Source: Thecamonas trahens ATCC 50062 (lineage: Eukaryota; Protista; Apusomonadida). Taken from it: a DNA stretch of 64,000 nt. Below, in pieces: positions 30,056-41,922 of this stretch. The DNA is taken from the NCBI RefSeq assembly GCF_000142905.1, contig NW_013657631.1, positions 146,211-210,210 of the forward strand, in the 5' to 3' direction. Position 1 is the stretch's first letter. Each line of letters opens with the position of its first letter. A program made the position numbers and the translations under genes. Under the pieces are notes generated by a model. That model was not told where the DNA came from. It ran no database searches and saw only the letters and a list, made by a program, of their open reading frames with translations.

Positions 30056-33000
30056 ATGAACAGCGGGTGGCAGGGAGCACCCGCGAGCTTTGACAGTCAT
30101 GGAACGTATGCTACGCACCTTCCGTCGTCGTGTGTGGCCTTTGACACGGGAAGCCCTATGGTGTGGGTCGGCGGTGGCTGGGGAGGTCACCCGTGTACGG
30201 GACGGAACACCCGAGCCATGACCCCATGGGTCACCGGTCTGGCACCTGCTACAACTGCCCGGACTGCCTCCTTTGTAGCCGGTCCTCCAGACTCGGGGCA
30301 TGTCACAGACTTGGCTTGCTACGGTGATGGCCTCGCCCTCGCCTCGCCCTCGCGGGTCCAGCTCCGGTCTCGGGCAGGAGCAAAGTTGGGAGAAATTCGG
30401 TCGGCGGAGATGACCGCCTTGTCCACCCTCATGTTCCAGCGACATGAGAGCCAGCTGCTTGCAGGTGGTGCTGCGGGAGAGCTCTTCCTCATCGACATGG
30501 GCACCGCGCGCATCCTCAAAAAGTACGATGCCTCGTACACCATCGGCTCCACAGGCGTGGCAAAGCTTGCGGCTGCATCGGGCGCCGTCTTTGCGGGCAA
30601 GCCTGGTGGAAAGGTGCTGGTTCTAGAGCCGGATACACTGGCTCCCATCGAGGCGCTCAACGCCCACTTTGGTGCTCTGTCGGACATGGTGGTTGTCAGC
30701 GACAGCCTGGTGGCCACGGCCGGTCGGACAGCCGGCCGTGGGGGGCTCCACCTCGACCTTGCGGTCAAGATCTTTGACATCCGGATGTACCGCGAGCTGG
30801 CGTCGATCCGTTTGCCGAGGGTCCGGCGCTGCTTGCCGCCGCCGGCACCTCGCTCATCATTGCCTCGCAGCTCGGGGTCTACGAGTCGCACGGGGTGCTG
30901 GGCGAGTTTCTGGGGCGGAGCCACGGCGGGCAGCTTGCGCTCTCGGGCCCGCAACAGTTTCTGGTGGACATGGCCATGTCGCCGTCGGGCGCGTATCTGG
31001 GCGTTGTTGAGGCCGGCGGATGCATGCACATGCTCTCGCCGGTGCCTGCGAGCTCGACTGAGCCCGGCCCACCGCTGGTCGGCACCTCGCCCGCGAGCGA
31101 GCCGCCGCTGGTGGTGAGCAAGGGCACGCCTGCGACCGAGCCACCGACGCTCGGCGTGCTGGGCATGCCGGACGTGGCGGATCGGACGGCGCCACTGGGC
31201 CTCGGCTCGGTCTACACGCCGTACGCCGAGCTGAGCGGCGGGCCCGAGTCGATGCTCTCGGCTTGGCCTGTCGGGCTCGGCTACTCCCCGGGCCTTCCGC
31301 CGCTTGCCATTCCGGGAACCATCAAGGCGTCGCTGCGGATGGCGGGCGGCATCGGGTACGCGACCAACACCTTTGGCATCAAGCGGAACACGGTGGCGGC
31401 CCACCGACTCGACGTGCTCGACGCCATGCGGCACGGCACAAGTCGGCCGGCGGGCCGGACCGCGTCGGGCTCGGTCATTTCGCGCTCGACCTCGGTCCCG
31501 GTCCACCTCTCGGACGCCGGCGGGCACTCGGGCGGCGGGCTGCTGGAGGTTGGGCGGAGCGGGCGCGGGCGCGGGCGTGGGCGCGGGCGTGGGCGCGGGC
31601 GCGGGCGGGGCGGGCGAAGCGGGCGCGGACGGAGCGACATGAAGCGGTCGCGGTCGCACGGGATGGGCGACGAGTCGGGCCTGGCATCGATGCTGGGCCC
31701 GCCGCGGCCGTACCGGCTCTTTGTTGTCCCGCAAAAGCAGGTGACGGCGACGCACTTTCGCATCGGCGAGCACTACAACAAGTCTGAGGTGTTTGCGGCG
31801 CTGGAGAACGGGTTCACCAACTGCTTTGTCAACGGCGTCCTGCAAACGCTGTTCACCATCGAGCCGTTGCGGGCGTCGCTCATTTCGCACGTGTGCTCTG
31901 TCGAGTTTTGCCTTGCATGCGAGCTCGGCTTTCTCTTCCACAACATGGGCAAGGCGCAGGGCGCGTCGGCGCAGGCAACCAACTTTGCACGGGCGCTCTC
32001 GCACATCAAGGTTGCGGCGAACATGTCTGTGCTCGAGCCTGAGGATCCGGACGGGTCGACGCCGTACCCGCACCTTGTCACAGCCTTTAACCGGTTCATT
32101 GTCCCGCAGCTGCGGTCGGAGCTGGGACACGCTGATGAGCTTTTCGACACGCTCTTCCGCATGCAGGTCCGGGTGAGCGAAGAGTGCCGGGTGTGCGGGA
32201 GCAACACTGGCAAGGCGACCGGAAGCGACTGCCTCGAGTACGCGATTCCGTCGCGCGAGGTCAGCGAGGCGAGCGAGAGCAAGGCCTTCCTTGCGGGGCT
32301 CAACGGCTCGCTGAGCAAGACGCTCTCGGCGCGCGCGTGTGCAAGACGTGCGGCGACTACAAGCCGATCACTAAGCGGTCTGCGGTGGAGAACCTGCCGT
32401 GGCAGCTGGTGGTCAACGTGGGCTCGACCGAGACGAGCGCGGGATCGTTCTGGCGGTCGCCGCAGGTCAAGGTTGCGCGCGAGTTTGTGGCGGTCTCGGT
32501 CGGCGATGGCGTGCAGGCGCTTGCGCCTGGCGACGCTGTGCCGGCCGGAAGCGAGGTGCTCGGAAGGTACGCACTGTACGCGAGCGTGATGTACGTGCAC
32601 CCGCGCGCAGCAGCCGAGGCCAACGAGCCCGGTCACTGCATGGTGGCGGTCAAGGCGCCGCACGTCGAGTCGTGGCACCTGCTCAACGATCTCATCATCA
32701 CGCCTTGCTCGGCCGACGACGCTACGACATTCCACGACGAGTGGAAGGTGCCTGCCGCGCTGTACTACCGCAAGGTGGCCGATGGCGCGGTGCCGGACAT
32801 CCTGCGCGAAGCATGTGTGGTGACCAACCATGTGGTTGCTTCGGTCCTTCCGCAGCCGCTCCCGCCTCCGGGCGAGGGCGAGATGCGGCTGGCGGCGCTC
32901 GACGCCGAGTTTGTGGCGCTCTCCAACGACGAGAAGGAGCTCGACGCGTACGGTGAGACGCGGATTCTGCGGCACCGGCGGCTGGCGCTTGCGCGGGTCT

Positions 33001-33493
33001 CGGTCCTCCTTGGCGACGAGTCGGTCATTGTGGACGACTACATCGCTGCTGCCGAGCCGGTTGTCGACCATCTAACCCAGTTCTCAGGCATCCAGCCGGG
33101 CGACCTCGACCCTGCCACGTCGCCGTATCCGCTCGTCACTCTCAAGGACGCGTACCTCAAGATTCGCTGGCTCGCCGACGCCGGGTACGTTTTTGCGGCC
33201 ATGGCCTTAAGAAGGACTTCCGTATGATCAACATCGTCGTCCCGCACGAGCAGATTGTCGACACCGTCGACCTCTTCTACATCGCCAAGCAGCGGCGGCT
33301 CAAGCTGTCGTTCCTCTCGCGCCACCTCCTCGACGAGACCATCCAGGTCGACACCCACGACTCGGTCGAGGACGCGCGCGCCGCCCTCCTTCTCTACAAG
33401 AAGTGGCTCGAGCTCAAGGCCGTATCCGACTACCGGGTCTCGGAGGAGCTGGCCCGGCTGTACGATGCCGGGCGGGTGCACGGGTGGTCGTAG
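30056..33493 (+). CDS. PAN2: PAN2-PAN3 deadenylase catalytic subunit PAN2 (WD40 + pseudo-UCH + DEDD nuclease); three frame breaks (~30808, ~32339, ~33192)
   Basis: VKIFDIRM, YNKSEVFAALEN, EFCLACELGFLFHNM, LDAEFV, LARVSV, VDDYI, VDHLTQFSGIQPGDLDP, GHGLKKDFRMINI, THDSVEDARAAL. Confidence 0.93.
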
Positions 33494-33579
33494 CAGGCTG
33501 GGCAGGAGCAAATGTGGTACGATGACCTGTTTTAGTCGGGACGGCAGTGGCAGTGCCGAGATGGGAACCTGCTCAGCAC

Positions 33580-34173
33580 TTAGCGCTCGGCCGGCATGCG
33601 GATGCCGTAGAGGGCCTCGGCCTGGGCACGAAGGTTGGGAGCCTCGACGGGATCGCGGGCGTCACCGAGATAGTCGGCAAAGGAGATAGACTCATCGGCG
33701 CCCGAGAGGGTGTCGAGGGCGACAAACGACGACGGAAGGCCCGGGAGGCGGTGGTACTGCGAGAAGACGGCAGCCTCAAACTGGGTGCGGAGGAAGGCAT
33801 GCGAGCCAAAGGTGGCGTCCAGAGCGTGCTTGGTCAGAGCAGCCTCCTGGGCCGGCGCGTTGGCCTCGATGGCCTCCACCGGGTGCATGGGCCGGAGTTC
33901 GGCAGCGACCGTGTTGCCGAGTCCCGCAGTCATAGGATCAACCATCGCATGCGAGGTCATCCCCACAGCAGGCATGGCCTGCTTCGGCACAGCAGACGGC
34001 TTCAACGACGCCTGTGCGTGTGGTGTGGGGTAGGGGCGGTGGTGGTGAGGAAAAGGTCGTAGAAGTGGGAGGGGGGGAAGGGGGGAGGGAGTGACAGGTC
34101 GCACTCTGGGGGGGGGAGGGGAAGGTGGGTCAGGGGGGGTAGGGGGGGGGGGGGGGGGTAGGAGGCGTACCAT
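33580..34173 (-). CDS. POMP: Proteasome maturation factor UMP1/POMP; coding exon1 is the ATG only (34173-34171), intron 34170-34012
   Basis: HPVE, FGSHAFLRTQFE, RLPGLPSSFVALDTLSGADESISFADYL; ATG|GTACGC ... CACAG|GCG. Confidence 0.88.
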   Translation of the reverse strand: MVRLLPPPPPPTPPDPPSPPPPRVRPVTPSPLPPLPLLRPFPHHHRPYPTPHAQASLKPSAVPKQAMPAVGMTSHAMVDPMTAGLGNTVAAELRPMHPVEAIEANAPAQEAALTKHALDATFGSHAFLRTQFEAAVFSQYHRLPGLPSSFVALDTLSGADESISFADYLGDARDPVEAPNLRAQAEALYGIRMPAER

Positions 34174-34184
34174 AGTTGTATGTA

Positions 34185-34500
34185 TGGTAGTGGTGTTGTA
34201 TGTGGTGGTGGGTGTGGTGGTGGGTGTGGTGGGGTGTTGGTGTTGGTGTTGGTGGTATGTCTGTGCGTGTGTGTGTGTGTGTGTGGTGGTGGTGGCGGGT
34301 GGTGGGTTTGATCGGTTGGTTGGTTGGTTGGGGTGGTTGGGGTGGATGGAGGTAGTGATGGATGGATGGTTGGGATGGTTGGGTTGGTTGGCTGGTTGGG
34401 TTTGATCGGTTGGATGGAGGTAGTGATGGTTGGATGGTGGGTTTGATCGGTTGGATGGTGGGTTTGATCGGTTGGTTGGTTGGTTGGTTGGTGGATCTGA
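34185..34500. repeat. TGG/TG/GGTT microsatellite mosaic with 4 copies of GGGTTTGATCGGTTGG
   Basis: Directly visible upstream of UMP1. Confidence 0.85.
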
Positions 34501-34565
34501 TCGAAGCGGCGCAGTGCATACTCGAGCAGAGTGTTGCGATGGAATGGTTAGGGTCAGGGCGAGAG

Positions 34566-35980
34566 TCATCGACGACCGCCTGGGAGGAGGAGGCCAGGAT
34601 AATGGTAGTGTCCGGCATTGTAGGGGATCGGCCCAGGGCCACCACCGGGACCCATCTGCTGGAGGTGGTAGCCCGGTGGGAGGTAATGGCCGCGGCCGTG
34701 CGGAGAGCCCGGGGCAGGGACCGGCGGAATGTGGACGCCTGGGACCGGCGGCTGGCCCCGCGGCGGCGGCATGGGCATGCCCTGCGCACGTCCGCCACGA
34801 CGGCGCTCGCGTTCGCCGCCGAGGAGGAGCATGCCTTTGGAGCGTGAGCGCGTCCGCGATTGCTTGGCGGGGCCGGCCCAGGGCTTGGCATGCTTGGCTC
34901 GCTTGGCGTGCTTGGCGTGGGCGCGGATCATCTCGGACTGCGGCGGAAGCACTCCCTCGTCGCGCCAAAAGTTGTTCCAGTCGTCCTCGTAGTACGAGTA
35001 GTCGTCGAGCTCGAGGAAGGTGTCGCCGATGGCTGTGGCCACCGTTGTCTCCTCGTCGGCAGTAAGCGCGGTGTCGAGGGTTGAGAGAGTGTCGACCGAT
35101 GACAGGTTGGTATCCAGCGTATCGCTCGACGACGACGAGTACGACGAGTCGGAGCTCGACGACGACGACGAGTAAGATGCCGCCGTCGTGGTGAGCGTCG
35201 ACATAGCGGTCGTTGTCTCGCACGTCGCCGTCGATGAGACCGCAGTAGTGGTGAACGTTGACGCCGTCGACGCCGTCGAAGCCGTTGTTGGTGAGAAGCC
35301 TGTCGTCGACTTGCCACGCGGCCGCATCCGCACCTGGGTAACCTCGGTCGTCGTCGACGCCTCTGCGGACGAGCTCTCAAACGACGAGTACGCCGACGAG
35401 ATAAAGACTGTGGTCGTCGCCGGACCCATCCGCATCGCCTTGCCCTTCTTGCCGCCCACAGCACCCATGGTGGTCATCTCGACGCCACGGCTTCTTCTCC
35501 CAGCCTTGCCCTTGGTTCGGGACTTTGCATCCTTGGATCGCGACGCAGTCGGCTTGGAGTGCTTGGATGACTTGGAGTGCTGGGAGTGCTGGGAGTGCTT
35601 GGATGACTTGCGTGCCGCCGGCTTGTCCTGCCCGCCTCTGGCCTTGGCTCTTGCTCGCGCGCCTCGTGCTCTGCTCGGAGCTGGTGCCGGCATACCCGCC
35701 GCCACCCTGCTCTTGCTGTAGCTGCTTGTCCTCTCGCGGCTCCCCTTCCACCCTTGCTCTTGCTCTTGCTCTTGCTCTTGCTCTTGCCCTTGCTCTTGTC
35801 GGTCCCTGTTCCTGTCCCTGTCCCCGTCCCCGTCCCCGTGCTCCTGCTCCTGCTCCTGCTCCTGCTCCGACCCGCCGGTCCTCTCGCCTTGTCCACCCTG
35901 GGCCGAGCCCTCCTCCCACTCCCGCTCTTGCTCCCGTAGCCCTCGTCCATGCTCGGCGACGAAGATCCAGACTTGCCCAT
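34566..35980 (-). CDS. Hypothetical low-complexity protein (RS/TG/KS repeats, S/T-rich middle, Pro/Gly-rich end); probable frame break ~35752
   Basis: ORF 35474..35980 (MGKSGSS) joins ORF 34566..36035 by one added base; short ordered core GDTFLELDDYSYYEDDWNNFW. Confidence 0.55.
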
Positions 35981-36977
35981 GTCGCCCTCGTGCTGTGCCC
36001 CGAGTGCGGTGATGGCGGATGTGGGTGGCCACCAATGGCGTCGCTGCTAGTCTCGCACCAGCCCCGACAGTCTCGCACAGTCGGTTGCCTCATTGGCGAT
36101 GGTTTTTGTGTGGCCGGGGTTTGGATTCTGAGTGGCGCACATGACAGTTAACATAAATTTTTACCCCATGCGCTCCTCACGTTTCAGGTCTGGGACTTTG
36201 CGCTTCCTCTGATGCCTACAGCTGGATTCGGCCGGAAACGAGGTTGGAGGTGCTGTGTGAGGCCGAGAATAAAGTGCACCCTTGCAGCAATGGGCGTTGT
36301 CGAAGAGAGAGTGTTGGCTGGGTGTGATGGTGATGGTAGGAGTGTCAGAGTGTTTGCCAATGCGGTTTCGCAGAGACTCGGTCAGCATCGAGGTGTTGAC
36401 TGCGGTCGCAGTGTAATTCTGGGTGTAGGCAGCAGGCTACCCAAGCGCTCCAGCTGTAGACAGGTACTCAGGGCAGTACATGTGTGCTCTGACTAGTCAC
36501 TCCAAGAGAATAGTCTTGGTCGGCTTCAACCGACCGTTTGGAGGCCGTGCGGAACAGGTCGCACTCAAGCTGTCGACCCGGTGAGAGCACTCCAAACGAA
36601 TCTTTGCTCCACCACCCAACGCACCCTCTGATGTGAAACTTTCTCGGCCCGACAAGCCTGGCACAGAACCCTCCTGCAGTACAGCATATCAAGGCAAGGT
36701 AGAGGAGATGATTGAGCACATATGCAGCTGGCTGAAGCTTGCTTGTCTGGGTGGAGGCGAGCAGGAGTGCCTGCGCCGGACATAGGACCGGGATCATCAA
36801 GCTGGGGGAAGCAGCCAATTTTGCGCTTCCGCTCGAAAACTCGTGCCACGCACTCGGCACTCCACTCCCCGTCTCGAGGTGCGGGGGTATCTGCATTGCA
36901 GCATTCCGGGTATCTCACCGCTCGAGATCTTCACCCCGTACTCCCACACCCACTACGCATTTGTGAGCTCGCAAGCA

Positions 36978-38185
36978 ATGTCAGGGTGTGGCTGTGCGGG
37001 GGGAGAGGGCGAGTCGTCGAACACGGCTGCTCGTACGAACCCGTTGTCCAATATCAGCCGCTCTCCGCGTCTCGACAACAACATTGGCAGCAGGTCTGGT
37101 GCCGAGCCACCGACACTGCCCCAGAACAGCGAACCTATGCGATTGGACTGCTGCTCGGCCAACTGCACCTCATGCACTTGTAGGCTCACCCTTGCCTTTC
37201 TCGAAGACGATGGCGTCTCGCCGTCCAGCAGAGCCTCAGCTACTGATGAAATTCGCGCGTGCAAGTGTTGCCAAAAGTGCGGCGGCATTGCCCAATTTGC
37301 CGATGTCAAGGCGCCGTCACCCAAGACGTCGTCGCCGGAACCGCCGCCGCTCCAGCTCGCCCCACTGCACATATCCGAGCCTTTGGCTACCGACCGAGTC
37401 TCACACGCTCAGCAGCCACTGGTAGGCTCCGAAGGCATGGCCGAAGAAGCACCACTGCCGATCTACAGCGGCGGCCGTAGCAGTGGCGGCTTGATGTCGT
37501 CAAGCGATATGGTGTATGTGGGGCCATCGGTCGACAACGCTGCGCCGTCGGCGGCCGAGGCGCTGACGCACATGCTCTCGGGCTTTCCCAGCCACGCACC
37601 CATGCATTTTGGAGCGTACCCGGGCATTGGTCCGCTCACTGGGCTGCCGCTTTCATCGTCGGGCGTCTTTCCGTCGTACCATTCCTCACTGCCGCCGACT
37701 CCGTCGTCGCAGCACCGCGCGTCGCCCAACCTGGGCGCGCACTCGCACTCGCACTCGCACTCGCACTCGCACTCGCACTCGCATTCGGCGCCGCCGACGC
37801 AGATGCTGACTTCTCAGCATCCGTCGCAATCGGGCCTCGCTGCCCATGCTCTGGCTGTGACCGCCGCGCTCCTCCACTCTGGCGGACGCCGGCCTACGCC
37901 CCGGGCAAGACGCACGCGTGCGATGTGCCGGGCTGCGGCGAGTTCTTCTCGCGGCGATCCAACCTCATGCGTCACATGGCATCAGTTCACGGCCAAGCGC
38001 GCTCCCATGTGTGCGCGCGGTGCGGCCAGTCGTTCTCTCGAGGCGATGCTCTCCGCCGGCACGTCATCCGCCGCCACCAGGACGGGCCCAAGCCGGTCTT
38101 CCAGTGTACCATCTGCTCGCAGGCCTTCACTCGCGCCTCATCTCTTCGCCGCCATAAGGGGCGCATCCACCCCGATGCGTCGTGA
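36978..38185 (+). CDS. C2H2 zinc-finger transcription factor (3 C-terminal fingers; Cys-rich N-terminus; (HS)n tract); frame break ~37885
   Basis: HACDVPGCGEFFSRRSNLMRHMASVH, HVCARCGQSFSRGDALRRHVIRRH, FQCTICSQAFTRASSLRRHKGRIH in the -1 frame. Confidence 0.8.
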
Positions 38186-38620
38186 CTCGTCCCCAAGTTC
38201 TTCGTTGTCTTGGCTCTCCTTTCCCGTGAGGCGATCTGCTGATCTGGGTGTTGACCACCCCACCCCCTCCCCGAGACCGCTCCCCCCTTTGATCTCACGC
38301 CCTCTTGCGTGCGATGATATCCTAAACTACGTTGGAGCCAGAGCACCGTCTCTTCACCCACGACGCGACGCGGGCCACAGTGAGCCTCCTGAGTCCTGAT
38401 CCGATGAGGCTGGCAGGTGTAGGCTCACGATGGGCAAGCGCTGACTCTGTGCTCAAGCCACACCTGGCCGGGGCGTGTTCTGATCTGATTAGGCTGGCAT
38501 GTGTGGGCTCGTGGTGAGCAAGAAGTGGCGAGCGATGACGGCGAGCGAATATGATGAGACGGATGGACGGGCGAGCGATGATGATGAAGCGAAGCGGGCA
38601 CCACTCGTCGTCGTCGGCGA

Positions 38621-40445
38621 ATGTCACGCGCGACGGGAGGGGCGGCGGATGTCAACCTCTCGGGGCTTCTGAGCACCACCACGTTGTCTTCCTCATCCGA
38701 GTGCGGACGAGGAGAGAGTAGTAGCAGAGGTGGTGAGGAACATGTATGCGGGCGTGGCCTGCTCTGGAGCTCGTCAGACGATAACTCGGGCGCTGCCTCG
38801 CCTTCGCTCCCTCCGCTCACACCTGCCACTTGGCCAAGTCGGCCGCCGGTGACCGAGGACGTGGGCAAGGACAACGCTCCCGCAGGCATGGCCATGACCG
38901 AAGCCATGGCAGGCATTGCGATCAGTGATGGGACTGGCGAAGAATCTCTGGGTGGCCATGGCAGTAGAGGTGGTGCTGGAGGAAGCTGGCCAAGGGCAAA
39001 GTCATATGGGAGCTCTCCGTCGCCGCCATCGGCCTTTGCTGGTGGCCTCCGTGGCTCGCCGAGTACGCCGCTGTTGGCGACGGGCAGTCTTGGCCGAGGT
39101 GACGACATGATCAACGCGCTCGAGGTCATGACCGAGACTACTGTGCTCAAGCCGACCGAGCTGGACTCCGAGTCGGCTTCGCCGTTGTCAACAGGCATCA
39201 ACCTGACCAACACCGTGGTGGGCGCGGGCGTCGTCGCCCTGCCCTACGCCTTTGCCTCGATGGGCATTCTTCTGGGCTCTGTCATGGTCCTCATCATTGC
39301 GCTCCTTGCTGACTACTCTCTGCGCCTGCTGGTGCGGACAGCAGCGACGTTTGGCTACATCTCGTTTGAGCACATGGGCCACGCCGCGTGGGCACCCGCG
39401 GGCGGGTCGGCGTCCAGTGCACCCTCCTTGTTCTCCTCCTCGGGTCACTGGTGGCGTATCTGGTGATTATTGCCGACTCGCTGACGCCGATTGTCCGGGC
39501 GCTTGCCGATGCCCCGGCCGATCCGTCGGCCGTGTACCTCCAGTCGTGGTTTGTGGTCATGGCTCACACCGTGGTTGTCATCCTGCCGCTAGTCCTCATT
39601 CGACGCATCGACACACTCAAGTACTCGTCGGTCCTCTCACTGGTCTCGGTCGCGCTCCTGGTCATCTTTGTTATCACCCGCTCGTTCACGCTCAACGCTG
39701 TCGGGCCGGCGCCGGCGCCCACGCCGCCGCCGCCGGTGGCGTATGCTACCCGCTCGCGCATCACCGACACCAGCGGCCAGGCAAAGCTCGGGCGGTTCGG
39801 CTCGCGCATTTTTGTCGCCCTTCCTATCGTGTGCTTCACCTTTACTTCGCACCCCAACGTGCTGCTCCTCTACTACCAGCTCCGCGGGCGGACAAGCAAG
39901 CGAATGGGGCGGATCATCCACGGTTCGGTCGGCGCGTCGGCCGGCCTCTACCTCGCCATCGGCATCTTTGGCTATTTCACGTTCCTCGGTGAGACAAAGG
40001 GCAACGTGCTGACCAACTACGCCGACGCCGGCGATGCGTTTGCCAACATTGTGCGCGGCGCGCTCGTGGTTGCCATCACCTGTTCGTACCCGCTGCTCTC
40101 GTACCCGTGCATCTCGACTCTCGACGTCCTCCTCGTCCCGTCGTTTATGGGCGTCAAGGCGCCGAGCTCGCGCTGGTACCTCGAGTCGGTCGTCCTCGTT
40201 GCCGCTACTCTCGCGCTCGCCATCGCTGTTCCGTCGATCACGGTGGTCTTTTCGCTCACCGGTGCCACTGCTGCCGTCGCCATCTGCTTTGTCCTCCCAG
40301 GCCTCTTCTTTGTCAAGCTCACCGAGCGATCTCTCGTCCGCCGCGACATGTTGGCCATCATCACTCTCGTGGGCACTGGCATGTTTTTGGCATCGTCACG
40401 ACTGTTGTCATCATCCAAGACATAGTTCGCAACGGCATCGATTGA
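38621..40445 (+). CDS. Amino acid transporter, AAAP/SLC38 (AVT) family; frame breaks ~39391 and ~40386
   Basis: NLTNTVVGAGVVALPYAF, FTFTSHPNV, GIFGYFTF, GNVLTNY, SYPLLSYP, GATAAVAICFVLP. Confidence 0.9.
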
Positions 40446-40580
40446 ATCATACTCACAATCCGAGCTGGCCACATTGAACATCTGTTTGCCGTGAGTCGAG
40501 CGTCAAGCGCCGAGCGTGGTTCGGTGGCGTGGCTTGGTGGCGTGACAACACACTCCACTGAGCGGCGCAGCACCAAGTCG

Positions 40581-41762
40581 ATGCAAGCGACGCCCATTCT
40601 CACACGACCGTCTCTCGCCAGCTTGCCCCTTGAGCTCCTCCACCTCATTGCATTTGAGTTTGCAATCCTTGCGCCTGCCGATGTTGTGGCCTGGGCTTGC
40701 GCCTCGAAGCGGTTCCATGCGGCGCTGCTGAGCCGCGGCTACCCGCGGGTGAGGAGCCAGGCTCTTCTCGGACCGCTCGCGTGCATCCAGCGCGGGCTTT
40801 TTGACGCTGCACGATGGGCCATCGCCCACGGCGCAACGACGAGCAGCAGCAAGAGCAAGGACACGGATGATGGATTCGAGCTGCTCTCTGCGCTCTGTGC
40901 TGAAGACATGGTGCTCACGGGCGCCGTCGACTCGGACGGCTGGATCGGGGTTCTCGATGAGATCATCACTCGCATGCCGAGCGTGGCTCTCTGTAAGCCG
41001 GAAGTGACGTGGATTGGGACAGTCAATTCACCGCTGGTGCTCCGCTTGGCGACTATCGGCGCGGCCCGCGGCCTGCGGCATGTCTTTGGCCGGACCGATA
41101 TCGAGGTCGACGCCTCAGTCGGCAACAACGTAGCGCTTGTTACGGCAGCAAGCCGCGGGCACGCAGCTGCCGTTGCCGTCCTTCTCGACAGATTTGAGGT
41201 CTCGCACAGCGCTCGCAACAACGGGGCGTTTCTGCAGGCCTGTCGCAAGGGACACTACGATGTTGTGGAGCTTCTCCTTGCCCGCGACGATATCGATCAC
41301 ACCAACGACAACTTTGAGGGCTTCCAGCGGGCGGCGCAGTTTGGGCATCTCGACGTTGTCCGGCTCCTGCTTGACCTGCCGGACAAGCCGCCGGCCAAGG
41401 CGAGTAACTTTGCCTTTGCCGCCGCCGCCGGCCTTGGCCATCTCGCCATGCTCCGCCTGCTCCACGCCTCACCTGGCGTGGTCGTCGATCCCGGCCATCG
41501 CGACTCGATAGCGCTCCGCTGGGCGGTAAGCAACGGCCACCGCGAGACTGTCGAGTGGCTCCTCGACATTGGTGGCTTTCAAGTCTCGGCACGCGACTAC
41601 AGCGCCGTTCTCAGCGCGGCGTCGCGGTATCCCGATCTCGTCCCCATTCTCCTTGCCCACGAACCTGCGCCGCTCCCGGATGGCGTCCGCGAGCGTGCCA
41701 TCGAGCTTGCCAACGAGGCCGAACACGCGGGTGCGGTGGCCGCACTGGCTGCAGCGCCGTGA
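40581..41762 (+). CDS. F-box-like + ankyrin-repeat protein
   Basis: LASLPLELLHLIA..WACASKRF (F-box-like); AASRGH, ACRKGHYDVVELLL, AAQFGHLDVVRLLL, AVSNGHRETVEWLL. Confidence 0.8.
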   Translation: MQATPILTRPSLASLPLELLHLIAFEFAILAPADVVAWACASKRFHAALLSRGYPRVRSQALLGPLACIQRGLFDAARWAIAHGATTSSSKSKDTDDGFELLSALCAEDMVLTGAVDSDGWIGVLDEIITRMPSVALCKPEVTWIGTVNSPLVLRLATIGAARGLRHVFGRTDIEVDASVGNNVALVTAASRGHAAAVAVLLDRFEVSHSARNNGAFLQACRKGHYDVVELLLARDDIDHTNDNFEGFQRAAQFGHLDVVRLLLDLPDKPPAKASNFAFAAAAGLGHLAMLRLLHASPGVVVDPGHRDSIALRWAVSNGHRETVEWLLDIGGFQVSARDYSAVLSAASRYPDLVPILLAHEPAPLPDGVRERAIELANEAEHAGAVAALAAAP

Positions 41763-41922
41763 CGATGTGTCTCTGGCCACGATGTAAACGACTTGATTGC
41801 ACCGGGCTGGACACCTTTGTGTTTCGGCGGCCGGGCCTTGGCCATCGCGGTATGATGCGGCTGCTCCACGTCTCGCCGGGTGTGGTGACACTCGGCAACA
41901 CCTGACGACGACTCGGCAGGCG

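Noticed and set aside
30056-33493. PAN2 and other broken genes as pseudogenes
   Set aside because: No in-frame stops after single-base repair, catalytic motifs intact, and all breaks are of the same sign
34300-34480. Repeated GGGTTTGATCGGTTGG units as a CRISPR-like array or telomeric repeat
   Set aside because: Spacers are themselves microsatellite and irregular in length; no cas genes; eukaryotic context; not TTAGGG-type
33580-35223. 547-aa ORF as a long UMP1 fusion
   Set aside because: The upstream part is microsatellite and alternate frame of the neighbouring gene; a spliced ATG|GT model explains UMP1
36150-36970. Possible ncRNA or mobile element in the lower-GC intergenic stretch
   Set aside because: No tRNA or snRNA motif, terminal repeats or transposase ORF recognised; probably a divergent promoter region
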